From a virus, in the IMG/VR virus record IMGVR_UViG_3300043015_002666, positions 1 to 64,000 of that record: a stretch of DNA of 64,000 bases; one strand, written 5' to 3'. The position numbers and the translations under genes are program-made. Shown piece after piece: positions 63,767 to 64,000 of this stretch (the stretch's first letter is position 1; each line of letters starts with the position of its first letter). The notes under the pieces were generated by a model. The model had not been told where the DNA came from. It worked only from the letters and a program-made list of their open reading frames with translations, and did no database searches.

Positions 63767-64000
63767 TAGAATACCTTCTTACCTACTGAACTGAATTTTT
63801 GGAAAACGAGCGGGAACGAGGCGACCGTGTTGATATCTTCACGCGACCACGTTACATCCCCTTTTTTGGTTGGATAGACCTGATAGGACTTGTACAGGGT
63901 TTTATTACCCTCTTCGTCTATCGTGTACAAATGGATTTCAAACACGTACTCGGACGGGATATTGATAGTGCCATCTTGGTTTTTAACTCGCGCTAGTCGT
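63766..64000 (-). CDS. hypothetical tail-module protein (C-terminal part, runs off right edge)
   Basis: Hand translation of the minus frame is open for 78 codons (...NQDGTINIPSEYVFEIHLYTIDEEGNKTLYKSYQVYPTKKGDVTWSREDINTVASFPLVFQKFSSVGKKVF*). Not in the ORF track because it contains no Met. Confidence 0.5.
   Translation of the reverse strand, partial: RLARVKNQDGTINIPSEYVFEIHLYTIDEEGNKTLYKSYQVYPTKKGDVTWSREDINTVASFPLVFQKFSSVGKKVF

Noticed and set aside
63799-63996. ORF-track CDS of 65 aa on the plus strand.
   Set aside because: The opposite strand is open to the window edge and ends in a TAATG junction with the next tail gene. The plus ORF is a shadow.

Overview
The window reads as one contiguous piece of a tailed-phage genome that also carries plasmid-maintenance functions, i.e. 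a phage-plasmid. The layout resembles coliphage P1; this is inferred from gene order and motifs only, with no database search.

Left to right:
- An operon of small unknown genes.
- A FimB/Cre-family mini tyrosine recombinase next to a lox/dif-like palindrome.
- A PacA/PacB-like terminase pair preceded by a TGCGCA hexamer cluster.
- A plus-strand accessory cassette.
- A roughly 16-kb leftward early region: many tiny Cys-rich ORFs, HTH regulators, a DEDDh exonuclease, Dam-type methyltransferase, two HU/IHF-like proteins, a VRR-NUC nuclease and SSB. An IS200/IS605-type TnpB element is inserted in one operon leader.
- A Rep-like gene with a GATC/DnaA-box region and a candidate small RNA.
- Portal and protease/scaffold genes.
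- A 2219-aa DarB-like methyltransferase-helicase.
- A ParA partition cassette bracketed by two perfectly phased 12-bp GATATC arrays.
- A leftward operon of large putative virion or injected proteins: a ParB-like/pyrophosphatase-like fusion, a zincin, and a 1235-aa protein.
- A myovirus-type module: tail fibre, baseplate, tape measure.

The main non-genic signal is an asymmetric ~16-nt motif, ATTCCTAAYAA-TTT, found in almost every intergenic region and reminiscent of dispersed P1 C1 operators.

No rRNA, tRNA or CRISPR array was seen. All motif counts were made by eye and need computational confirmation.
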